Shown: in pieces, positions 1 to 10,540 of the stretch
Layout of the letters: each line of letters starts with the position of its first letter
How positions within the stretch are numbered: the first letter of the stretch is position 1
Assembly: GCF_006345805.1 (NCBI RefSeq)
Contig: NW_021832918.1
Span: forward strand, 1-30,202
DNA: 30,202 nucleotides
Source of the DNA: Octopus sinensis
Lineage: Eukaryota
Direction of reading: 5' to 3'
Notes under the pieces: model-generated
The model's database searches: none
Seen by the model: only the letters and a program-made list of their open reading frames with translations
What the model was told of the DNA's origin: nothing
Program-made: the position numbers and the translations under genes

Positions 1-164
1 ATTCCTTCCTCAGTCTACTCAAGATATTTATATTCTGAGTATGCTATACAACCTGGTTAGCAATCTGATGAGACTTCGATAAATATCTATGAGAAATATA
101 TAAGCGCAAAGAATGAGACTCAAGTATAAAGACATATCTTACATATGTTACGCAAGCGCTCTTG

Positions 165-650
165 TGTATGTATTATATATATATATATATATAATCATAT
201 ATGTGTGTGTGGTGTGTATATGTATGTATATATATATATGTGGTGTGTGTGTGTATATGTATGTATAATATATATGTGTGTGTGTGTATATTGATGATAT
301 ATATATATAGTGTGTGTGTGTGTATATGTATGTATATATATATGTGTGTGTGTGTATGATATATATATAGGTGTGTGTGTGTATGTAATATATAATGTGT
401 GTATGTGTATATATATATATATATTGTATATAGATGTATATTTGTATATATAAATATATATATGCATATGTATATATACGTATATATATAGATGTATATT
501 TGTATATATATATATATATATTGCATATGTATATATACGTTATATATAGATGTATATTTGTATATATATATATATATATGCATATGTATATATGTACGTA
601 TATAATATATATGTATATATGTATATATATATATATATTATATTATATTA
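165..650. repeat. Compound (TA)n/(TG)n/(TATG)n microsatellite
   Basis: Directly visible dinucleotide runs; explains ORFs 173..583, 195..467 and 434..688. Confidence 0.97.
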
Positions 651-1915
651 AATTAGAGATAAAACCACTATTAGGCAAACCTCGCTAAGATAAGTATTTA
701 TTGATATTAAGATCTTCAAATTGTAAATTTTAATATTTTATAAGTCTTGGTGTATTTATTAATATTTTCCTTATGTAAATATCGTTGTTATGTAATGATC
801 TAATTATCGTAATTTTCTATATTATTAGATATTAAATTAAGTTTATTTGTAAGATCCTACTTAGCGATAGATTTGTGTTTGATAGCAAGTATACGAGGTG
901 TATAAAGTCAGGCTTTGTGGATATAAATGTTTTAATAGTATTAATTGTAGTTTTAAATTTCTTATAATTAAATTAGATAAACTTTGATAAACTTAGATCT
1001 GTTCGACTAAAGATTGGTCCAGGCATGTCTAATTTAATAGCATAACTTAGTTATTGTCTTTGTAATTGATAGTCGCTAGTTATTCCCCATTGATATTATA
1101 TTTATAGTATTTATAGTATTTATTCGATTATTCGTACTATATTACTACAATTGATTATTTCTATAAGTATTTTACATAAGATTTCCGAAAGTTCGTTTAA
1201 GTTTGTTATTTGTATTTTTGAAATTAGCTATTTCACCTTTAAATATGAAAAATTAATTCATTATGTTTTTATTATATGTGCATATATATTTATTTATGGA
1301 GATTATTTTAGATCTTAATTATAATATTATATACATTTATATATTTTCATTGATAATTTTTATATAATAGTCATTTTAAAATATTATGTAATTAGATTTG
1401 ATTATTACGATATGATATTAGATTATGGTTGGTTTCCTACCTTATAAATTAAAATTAATATTTAACATTATAGTCGATTTTGATATAATCATATTAAGTT
1501 TTATGTTTCTAGTTTGAATAGAGTTTATTATAAGTAAAATTATATATTATTTTATCTTAAAATATTGTTTAAATATTTCTGATTATTTCTTAATATTTCA
1601 ATTAACCTGAAGATGACTGTAACCATAACTAGAATTATTAATTGATTTAAATTATTGTTATTCGAATTGGTACAGCCATGAAACGATCGTAATGTTTACT
1701 CTTATCTTTTATTAAACTTGTAATACTTTTGATATATATTTAAAATAATATATATTAAATAATTTATGTATTGGCTTATGTTTTTCACTGTTTGATTTGA
1801 CTAATAGTGGTTTTATCTCTAATTTAATGTAATATAATTTAATATATTTATACTATAAAATGGATTTAATCCTAAATCTGATTTTTCCCTGTAGGTTTGG
1901 ATTTATTCCCTAATA
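642..1915 (+). mobile_element. AT-rich non-coding element between (TA)n tracts, with a 28-bp perfect inverted repeat and a degenerate hammerhead; PLE-related or MITE-like
   Basis: ATTAAATTAGAGATAAAACCACTATTAG (647-674) is the exact reverse complement of 1801-1828. HHR-like motif at 1602-1697; (TA)n on both sides; no ORF. Confidence 0.45.
1602..1697 (+). ncRNA. Degenerate type I hammerhead ribozyme motif
   Basis: CTGAAGA 1607-1613; stem II TGACTGTAACC/GGTACAGCCA around an AT-rich insert; GAAA 1680-1683; palindromic stem III ACGATCGT; GUA site 1689-1691. Stem I (TAAC/GTTTA) is out of register. Confidence 0.45.
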
Positions 1916-1917
1916 TT

Positions 1918-1954
<37 letters not shown>

Positions 1955-2096
1955 CTTAGTCAAGATGTGACTAATTAAGTGGTGGTGTACGAAGCGCCTT
2001 AAGTGAAATGGTGGTATGTACAAGTATACTTCATGAGTTATACACTCCGACGTAGAAAGACCTTTACACGAACGTGTTAAATATAATTGTGCGCGG

Positions 2097-2136
<40 letters not shown>

Positions 2137-2480
2137 GCTATTAAGTTAGTCCTGGTCTGAGTGAAATCTGACCGAAACCTAGGTAAGAATATAAGTATGT
2201 AAAGTCTATGTAGACAACAAAGGTTTGCAAGAGAGAACGGTTTTCATTTATTAATATCGTTACGGTCGATCCCCTTTGTATGTGTGTGTATATATATACA
2301 TTATATATATATATATTATATATATATAATATATATATATAGTATATATATATACATATAACAATTTAGGAGTGACCCTAACAGGTCATTCGTCCACAGA
2401 AAGAGCAGCCATAACTCACACCGCCAAGTAGTAGTAATCAGAAATTAGGTGGAAATTTAAAAAATTTACCCTAATTCATC

Positions 2481-2577
2481 TTTTAGACGTTGCAACGTTT
2501 CTGTGTCATTAATGATAAATTAGCTTAATTAAATTAAATTAAGCTAATCTACCATAGGTTACACTTCATCAGTAAAA
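2481..2577 (-). ncRNA. Type I hammerhead ribozyme, array copy 1 (best preserved)
   Basis: Minus strand reads TTTTA-CTGATGA-A-GTGT..long hairpin..ACAC-A-GAAA-CGTTGCAACG-TC-TAAAA. Stem I TTTTA/TAAAA; palindromic stem III ACGTTGCAACGT; GUC site with predicted cut between 2486 and 2485. Confidence 0.8.
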
Positions 2578-2948
2578 AACCTGGGAGAGACAAATATACA
2601 CGAGGCGTCTGTATCGATGCCTAGGAATATCTGTCTTAAAATTTTCAAGACTGACGTATTCGCGCCAAACTTATCAGCAGTAAATATAAACTGCGATTCA
2701 ACTCAGAATTATTCAGAAAATTATCAATTAGTCAATTTAGGTAGCAAAAAATTCAATAGAAATTTATCGCTACCAGCGGCCTGGTGGAAAAGAGAAATAG
2801 TCATCGACTAAATATATAAATATAACAATTTAGGAGTGACCCTAACAGGTCATCGCCACCAGAAAAGAGCAGCCATAACTCACACCGCAAGTAGTAGAGT
2901 AATTCAGAAATTAGGTGAAAATTTAAAAACATTTACCCTAATTCAATC

Positions 2949-3044
2949 TTTAGACGTGGCAACGTTTCTGTGTAATAATGATTAAATTAGCTTAATAAAT
3001 TAAATTAAGCTAATCTACCATAGGTTACACTTCATCAGAAAAAA
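2949..3044 (-). ncRNA. Type I hammerhead ribozyme, array copy 2
   Basis: Same core (CTGATGA at 3032-3038 on -). One substitution in stem III and 1-nt losses in stem I relative to copy 1. Confidence 0.7.
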
Positions 3045-3532
3045 CCTGGGAAGAGACAAATATACACGAGGCGTCTGTATCGATGCCTACGGAATATCTG
3101 TCTTAAAATTTTCAAGACTGACGTATTCGCGCCAAACTTATCAGCAGTAAATATAAACTGCCGATTCAATCTCAGAATTATTCAGAAAATTATCAATTAG
3201 TCAATTTAGGGTAGCAAAAAAATTCAATAGAAATTTCTCGCTACCAGCGGCCTGGTGGAAAAGAGAAAATAGTAATCGACTAAATATATAAATATAACAA
3301 TTTAGGAGTGACCCTAACAGGTCATTCGTCCACCAGAATAGCGATACATTTCTATTGATTTTTTTGCTACCCTAAATGGACTAATGATAATTTTCTGAAT
3401 AATTTGAGATTGAATCGGCAGTTTATATTTACTGCTGATAAGTTTGGCGCGAATACGTCAGTCTTGAAATTTTAAGACAGATATCCGTAGGCATCGATAC
3501 AGACGCCTCGTGTATATTGTCTCTCCCAGGTT

Positions 3533-3629
3533 TTTTACTGATGAAGTGTAACCTATGGTAGATTAGCTTAATTAATTAATTAAGTAATTTAATCATTAAT
3601 GACACAGAAACGTTGCAACGTCTCTAAAA
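3533..3629 (+). ncRNA. Type I hammerhead ribozyme, array copy 3 (inverted unit)
   Basis: TTTTA CTGATGA(3538-3544) A GTGT...ACAC A GAAA(3607-3610) CGTTGCAACG TC, then an extra TC before TAAAA. Confidence 0.72.
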
Positions 3630-3888
3630 GATGATTAGGGTAAATGTTTTAAATTTTCACCTAAGTTCTGAATTACTACTACTTGGCGGTGTGAGTTATG
3701 GCTGCTCTTTCTGGTGGACGAATGACCTGTTAGGGTCACTCCTAAATTGTTATATTATATTTAGTCGATGACTATTTCTCTTTTTCCACCAGGCCGCTGG
3801 TAGCGATAAATTTCTATTGAATTTTTTTGCTACCCTAACTTGACTAAATATATATATACACCTATATTATATATATATATATATATAA

Positions 3889-4320
3889 TATGGTTATATT
3901 CGGAATGGTCATATTGCCAGTTTAGCCAATAAAACACACGCACTATATATTTGTGTTATGTGCTTCAGTGATATTATTTTTTACATTAATCTTAATTTAT
4001 TTCGGCCAAAGTTCTTTCGTCACACTCCTGTGACCGCATCAGTGGTCCTTTGTTTCTTCACTTACTGTGTCTCTCCTTACGAACGTCTTAGTAACCGGTT
4101 GTAGGAGAGACACAAGTAAGTGAGAAGAAAACAAAGGACCATGATGCGGTCACAGGGTGTGACGAAAAAACACTGGGATAGACGAAAGAATTTGCGAAAT
4201 AACCGAAATAAGATTAAGATAATGTAAAAAAAAAATATCACTGAAGCAAAATAACACAAATATATAGTGCGTTTTTTATTGGCTAAACTGGCAATATGAC
4301 CATTCCGAAATATAACATAT
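3889..4320. repeat. Fold-back inverted repeat, arms ~190/220 bp, 20-nt spacer
   Basis: 3889-4080 is the reverse complement of 4101-4320 with small indels. The left arm lacks two short segments bounded by direct repeats (GACGAAA, CGAAATAA). Confidence 0.9.
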
Positions 4321-4763
4321 CTGTTTCAACACACGACTTCACATAAAAAATCTTGCACAACAAATATTAAACGTATATATATATATATATATTTACACAC
4401 GTCAATAGGGAAGCAAAAGAGAGGACATATTAAAAGTTACTGGAGGTGCAATACTGAGAAAGTACTGAAAAGCAGAAATCCAAGAAGAGAGAAGCAAAAA
4501 GTGTTTAGAAAAGTAGAAAAAAAGGCATCGGCAACCTCTGCTCCATCGGAAGCGGACGGCTTAAATAAGTATGTTCTAATGCTAGACTTTATTTAGTAGA
4601 AAGTCCTGGATACTAAATCTATTGTAGTTATCATGTAGTTATCCTCATTTTGGGCCAATGAAATTAGTACTGATATTGGGTTCGTAGTAGTTATTTATAT
4701 ATATTACCCATGGAAAAATTAGTGAATTTGCGCCAATGCAAAAAATAATATTGATAAAACTAT

Positions 4764-4954
4764 ACTCTTTTACTTGATTCAGTCATTTGACTCTGTGGCC
4801 ATGCTGGAGCACCGCCTTTAGTCGAGCAAATCGACCCCAGGACTTATTCTTTATAAGCCTAGTACTTATTCTTTTGCCGAACCGCTAAGTTACGGAGAAG
4901 TAAACACACCAGCATCGGTTGTCAAGCAATGTTGGGGAACAAACACACACACAC

Positions 4955-4991
<37 letters not shown>

Positions 4992-5175
4992 ACACACACA
5001 CATATATATACGACAGGCTTCTTTTAGTTTCCGTCTACCAAAACCACTCACAAGGCTTTGGTCGGCTCGAGGCTATAGTAGAAGACACTTGCCCAAGGTG
5101 CCACGCAATGGGACTGAACCCGGAACCATGTGGTTGGTAAGCAAGCTACTTACCACTCAGCCACTCCTACGCCTA
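4764..5175 (-). mobile_element. SINE family A, full length (tRNA-like head, internal microsatellite, LINE-like tail)
   Basis: Reverse complement of the element repeated at 18971, 28725 and 14658. Head has A/B-box-like TGGCTGNGTGGTAAG and GGTTCAGTCCC; tail GGTGCTCCAGCATGGCCACAG..AAATGACTGAA. Confidence 0.9.
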
Positions 5176-5437
5176 TAATTAACAATATGATTATTGTCTG
5201 AAGGACGACAATCAAGGAGAAACAGTTGGATTTCTAAATCTCTTTTATATCTCAATGTCCTAAGGTTAAAAGCGTGTAATATTATGCTTCATTTACCTAC
5301 AAGGTTCTAATTTTACGGCTAATTTTCTGCAACATTAAATCTTCAGCTGCTCTGTTTTTGATTTTCTAATTGAGGACTTTTTTCTGATTTCATAAGCGCA
5401 TATAACAGTATTCTTTTTCTTTTTGTTTTAAATACAG

Positions 5438-5523
5438 ACGTCGGTAATCATGTAGGAAGAGTGTTGGCTTTAGCGGAAGTAGTTGAGCTCCATTCTTCAA
5501 AATGCAGCAAATTTTATGACTGA
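5438..5523 (+). other. Candidate terminal coding exon (DVGNHVGRVLALAEVVELHSSKCSKFYD*), unassigned
   Basis: Long polypyrimidine tract and TACAG acceptor at 5436-5437; only one frame open, to TGA 5521-5523. No recognisable homology. Confidence 0.2.
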
Positions 5524-5700
5524 CGATACGCAGCTAAAGGAGGGATTAAAAAGGAATCAAGTTTTATTTTATTTTATCACTTTATTATTTTATATTAGTT
5601 TATTTGCTTTGCATGTTTATAAGTTGATATCTTGACATTACAGACTTCAGAGAGCCAGCTTTCGGGATTTTTTCTTATCTCCATTGACCTTCGCTCAGAC

Positions 5701-5701
5701 A

Positions 5702-5741
<40 letters not shown>

Positions 5742-5965
5742 ATCTTTTTTTGGCCACCCCTCCTTCTGATCTCCTCTTGAGATATTTTTCTGTTCTTGAC
5801 ATTTTTTACCTTTACAACTTTCTTAATTTCCCTTACACTCGTCCTTCGCATCTCTTTCTTTCTCTCTTTCTTTTTCTTTCTTTCTTTTTTATTCCTTTTT
5901 GTTTGTTTGTTTGCTGTTTGTTTGTTTCTTTCTTTCTCCCTTCTCCCTTCTCCCGTCTCCCGTAT
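5701..5965. repeat. (TC)n and pyrimidine-rich low-complexity tract
   Basis: Visible; explains ORFs 5675..5995, 5684..5989 and 5796..5981. Confidence 0.9.
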
Positions 5966-6354
5966 CTCGATCAGGAGGTAAATTTTTAGTAACATGTTTC
6001 TAAAACATTACTTACTGCTTAGAAAATACAAAATAAAACGGTGCGGCGGTACGTATGCATGAAACATTTTCTCTCTACTATTCTTCTTCCTTCCCCTAAA
6101 AGGGTGCCACAGAAGGTCGAAAAGATAGAATAACGGATTGCTAAATCCCAACAGAAAATCGACAACATGCTCACTTGTTCAGCCTATTTAACTAAAAATA
6201 TCAACATCGAATTAATCAAACACATCTTAGTAGAAAAGCCGTATAATAAACGACTATTATGGTAGCATGTAGAGAAGATCAAACTTCAGTAGTCTCGTAT
6301 GGGATCTAGGGATAGATACGGGACCCAACCGCATTGTGTATATAATATACAATT

Positions 6355-6386
<32 letters not shown>

Positions 6387-6429
6387 ATATCTATATATAT
6401 ACGATAAGTATATTTTTTCTCTAGCATTG

Positions 6430-6446
6430 ATACGACTCTTAATCTG

Positions 6447-6483
<37 letters not shown>

Positions 6484-7127
6484 CCCCTTCCTTTCTTCCC
6501 CCCATCCGTCTTCCCCCCCTTCTACGTTTCTCTATCTCTCTCACCTCCAGCCCCCTCGATCTGTCTCTTTCTTCTCCTCCCTCGTCCACCTTCTCTCTCT
6601 TTTCATCTGTCCCTTTCTCCTGTCTTTTGTTCTCACGTGACCGCTAGCCGCTGTTGAGCGCTCTTTTCGTTCCAGCAGCCGCCGAAGCAACACGTATTTG
6701 TTCGTCTCCCTGCGGCCATTAGGCGCAACTTCACAAGCCAGCCCCATACTCAACTCGTCCTGTCGAAAGACCCTTGTCCTACGTCCTGGTTTCGTTTTTT
6801 TTTTATTTTAACCGTTATTGTTTTTACGTTTTTGTATTCTTATTGGTGTCACGTTCTCGTATTTTTGTTCGTGTACTTCGTTCGTTTTCCGTCCTCGTGT
6901 TGTATACATTCGAAGCTTCTTCCAGGGGATCTAATGCGCTTGGCTTAGATTTCCCTTGGCGGGCTGCCCATATCGGAGCAATCTCAAGATTAATCAGCCG
7001 AAATTGCTAAGATGATCTGGTTCTTGACTGATGACTGAGGGCTTCGAATGTCCCGTCCTGTGGTTCTTGTGTCGTCTCTGTGGTGTTTCATGTTCTTGTC
7101 CATGTCTGTAATTATTTTTACTGTTTA

Positions 7128-7129
<2 letters not shown>
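6430..7129 (+). mobile_element. Non-coding repeat (pyrimidine tract + unique terminal ~500 bp) ending at (TA)n; possible PLE 3' region
   Basis: 6984-7129 is homologous to 26171-26315 (-) and both end at the same point before (AT)n. Layout mirrors the PLE remnant at 17003-18012. Confidence 0.5.
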
Positions 7130-7195
<66 letters not shown>

Positions 7196-7197
7196 AA
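7130..7197. repeat. (TA)n(GA)n microsatellite
   Basis: Visible. Confidence 0.97.
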
Positions 7198-7549
7198 AAA
7201 GACAAAAAATAGATGCCTCATTGACAACTACAAAATTAGTTCTATTCTATGGTAATATACTATTTTTTTTACTCTGCCTGCAATAGCAGACAGAATGCCA
7301 AAAATACAGAAATAAATAGATAAATAACTAAATAAAAACAAATCATAAGAATAAAAATATATAAACATTTATATTAAAGAAAAGAAAGAACAGCAGTAAG
7401 TTTAAGAGATTAGAGAGATAATGGGAGGAAATGTATGTTATAGTGGTTATTTGTTAGTGCAGTGGAATTCATGCACGGGCAGAGGGGTGGCAGGTGGGAA
7501 GGAATGGAGATAGAAAGAATAAGATTTAGCATGAAATACAGAAACATAG

Positions 7550-7555
7550 ACAAGC

Positions 7556-7588
<33 letters not shown>

Positions 7589-8140
7589 TATGCATGCACA
7601 TGTGTATATATATATATATATATATTTTTTTTTCATGCACATATATATGTGTACATATGTATGTATATGTGTGTATATGTATATGTGTGTGAAAGTGTAT
7701 TGTGTATATGTGTGGACCTATGAATTTTTGTTTATACAGAGAGAGAAAAAATACTCAAGATATAAATTAAAGAACACACACATGTACCTACAAACACACA
7801 GACTTCTGTATATGTATGTATGTATTATGTATGTATGTATGTATGTAGTATGTATGTATGTATGTATGCATGAGTCTATGTATGTGTGTTTGTATGTATG
7901 TATATAGATATGTGTGCGTGTATAAATATAAATATATATATTTATTTACATAAGCAAGTAGCGTGTATATAGAAAGAATCATGTGTATATATTTACATAT
8001 ATGTATGTACGCAAACTGATATATATATATATATTTACGTACAAAAATACATACACTCACCATACATACATATATGCATACATACATGTACATATATATA
8101 CATATGTGTGCGCGCGTGTGTGTGTGTGTGTGTGTGTATG
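7550..8140. repeat. Compound TA/TG/TATG microsatellite region
   Basis: Visible; explains several Y/I/M/C/V-rich ORFs. Confidence 0.9.
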
Positions 8141-9260
8141 TATATAAATTCTACAATCAAAAGAGTGCGTAATACTTATTGTAAAGCATATTTATTTTTA
8201 GAAGGTAGTAATTCATTCTCTAACTATGCAATCACGTCGCATTGCTTGGAAATCTCACTCTTTGTGTGATCTGCTAAGTAATTTGAAACTCCTTCCCCGA
8301 GTAAGACTTATAGGTTTGAAAATGTCCAGAGTTGTAACTGCAATTTGGAAGTGTCAATTTGGAAGTTTGCCTGTATCCACTGATTCAATCTATAAGCTTT
8401 TTAGATTTCGGTATTATCTCCCTTTACCTTGATACAAATTATTTTCATTAACACTAACGGTTTCTTTTTTATCGTCATTATTTGTGCAATTATAATTGAA
8501 TAAAATTCTACCTTTGTTGTTGCACTTAAAGAAATAAAAAGTTATTTTGTTCCAGATTGTTTTTTGCTCAAAATTCTACTTGATTTGAATTAGTTTCTTT
8601 ATCGCTACAGAATCTACAACATATGTACCAGTAATATACAGAGGCCGATTAATTTAGCTATACTTTTCCCCGTAAATATGTTCTACCAATAAATCGATGC
8701 TCTGAATCTCTTTTGTTTAGGGTCAATAATTGCATGATTGATATTACTGGAGAAAATTACTGCTCTTTGTAGCAATTCGAATGACCTTTGAGGATCTCTA
8801 GGAATGATGTGTGAAGATTATATACGTCTCTCTATTTCGATCTTTGTTAGTAGTTACCAGAAGCCTTCTCCGATGAAGGTTTGTTTGATAAGCTAATATT
8901 AATTGTTTGATCGTCGTAGTTCTTTATCATCTTAAGCTGTGTGTAGTCATATACTGAAGCTATTTCAGTTTTCTTCTGCTCCCTAGGTATCAGAAGCCGA
9001 TTCAAGCCAAAGTGTTGCAATCTAGGATTCACTTTTACGATGTTGTTGTTATCGATAATTGTGCTATGGGTATAAAGTATAGGATCAGGAGTAATTAGTG
9101 AAGGCACATATCAGCAAAATTCAACTAAAAGAGATTCATTAAAATAGCGATTTGTTTAATTGCCGTGAGGTGTTGGCAAGAGAGGAACCATTTGATATTC
9201 CACGTTTTCTGGCATTTAAAATTATCCAAATTCTTCTAATTTTTCATATTACACCGTATT

Positions 9261-9310
9261 ATAGCGAACTAATAGCAAACTAATAGCGAATAGCGAACTA
9301 ATAGCGAACA
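9261..9310 (+). repeat. Short tandem repeat (ATAGCGAACTA)~4.5
   Basis: atagcgaactaatagcaaactaatagcgaatagcgaactaatagcgaac. Confidence 0.85.
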
Positions 9311-9914
9311 ATCGCATGTAGCAAAAGTTATAGTGAAGAATCAAGAGCAATTGGCGCTAATTTCTAATCAGATTGGCGGGTAGCCTATCGATTCTACTCT
9401 CCATTCAATGACCTTCAATCCAATAATGCATTTGCTCACTGCTCCTTACAGGAATACTGAAGAATACTGTGGTCATTTGGGTTTTCACTCTTGTCTACAA
9501 TGAAAGAACGAGCACATATAATGTTCAGGATTCTCAAATGTAGACCCAGGCTTCAAGAAACACGAGAGAAGCCTAAACCAGCCAATAAAATTGACGGTGT
9601 TGGTTGCTTGATACTTTAACTTATTGACCCGTGGTCAACGTGCATATGACAGTTGACACAGAATGATCTGAACTCAGAAAGTACCAAACCCCCATCGAAG
9701 TAAATGATTACTACTCTACCAAACAAGTTAACAATTCTACTAAACCACAGCTTTCTGCTAGAAAATTCTATACTAAAAGATAAGAACAGTGGTCCCATTA
9801 TATATTTCAAACTGAGGGCATTAATAAGGAAAAGCATGGTGATTTCTTTTTATAAATATAAATGAAACTATACAATCTGAAAGTCATTATGGGACCATTA
9901 TTGAAATCTTTACC

Positions 9915-10292
9915 AAGGCGGTGAGCTGGTATAAATGTTAGCACGCCGGGCAAAATGTTTACCGGTATTTCGTCTGTCGTTACGTTCTGAGTTCAAATTC
10001 CGCGGAGGTCGACTTTGCTTTTCATCCTTTAGGGGTCGATTAAATAAGTACCAGTTACGGACTGGTGTCGATATATCGACTTAATCCGTTTGTCCCCTCT
10101 GCGTTTATCCCCTTGTGGGTAGTAAAGAAATAGGTATTTCGTCCTTCGTTATGTTCTGAGTTCAAATTCCACCGAGGTCGACTTTGCCTTTCATCCCTTC
10201 GGTGTCGATAAATTAAGTACCAGTTGAGTACTGGGGTCGATCTAATCGACTAGACCCTCCCCCAAAATTTCGGGCCTTGTGCCTGCAGAAAT
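9915..10292 (+). mobile_element. SINE family B with a tandem second body carrying a different tail
   Basis: Head GGCGGTGAGCTGG..GTTAGCACGCCGGG, B-box GAGTTCAAATTCC and core GCCTTTCATCC..GGGGTCGAT..AAGTACCAGTT. The body from the B-box onward is repeated from ~10136. Homologous to 26333-26547. Confidence 0.85.
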
Positions 10293-10540
10293 ACCAATAT
10301 GTGATGTAAATATACAGCAAAGGTATTGCATTCATTATTCCTGCAAAAAAAAAAAAATTCTTTTACGTTTTACTCTTTTACTAGTTTCAATGATTCCAAG
10401 CTTCCAAACGATTTTAAGTCGTTCATACGATGCCAAGTAAGCCAAAACTTTGAAGTCACTGTCAACATTTTACTTGGAAAAATATATTAACTTGGGGGTT
10501 CCACGAAGTGTTTGAGAACCAAATTCCACTCACAACGTAA

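Larger units (their letters stand above)
2357..3847. mobile_element. Array of ~465-bp HHR-containing monomers (2.1 copies with HHR on -, then 1.1 copies inverted with HHR on +); non-LTR retrozyme-like
   Basis: Units at 2357-2820 (464 bp), 2821-3292 (472 bp), partial 3293-3338; inverted run 3339-3847 (period 462). One HHR per full unit, no ORF, (TA)n at both ends. The repeat structure is certain; the retrozyme identity is inferred. Confidence 0.75.

Noticed and set aside
65-105. CTGATGA-GACTTC-GATA hammerhead-like word
   Set aside because: GATA instead of GAAA, impossible stem II loop, no stem I.
173-688. H/I/Y/T- and M/Y/V/C-rich ORFs here and at 7410-8093, 11939-13255, 18332-18628 and 25275-25651
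   Set aside because: Translations of dinucleotide microsatellites, which lack stop codons.
2154-2190. Hairpin + GAAA + palindrome ACCTAGGT + A (3' half of an HHR)
   Set aside because: No CUGANGA in register upstream and no stem I; at most a truncated relic.
3428-3465. Second HHR-like word in the array monomer (CTGATAA-G..C-GAAT-ACGT)
   Set aside because: G8A, no A15.1-U16.1 pair and no real stem II; probably chance.
2357-3847. CRISPR array or simple satellite interpretation
   Set aside because: Units are ~465 bp with no unique spacers and the context is eukaryotic; the HHR per unit and the inversion are not explained by a plain satellite.
9915-10000. tRNA genes at SINE heads (also 18971, 20011, 23450, 26333, 28725)
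   Set aside because: A/B-box-like motifs only, with no cloverleaf; they continue into repeated SINE bodies.
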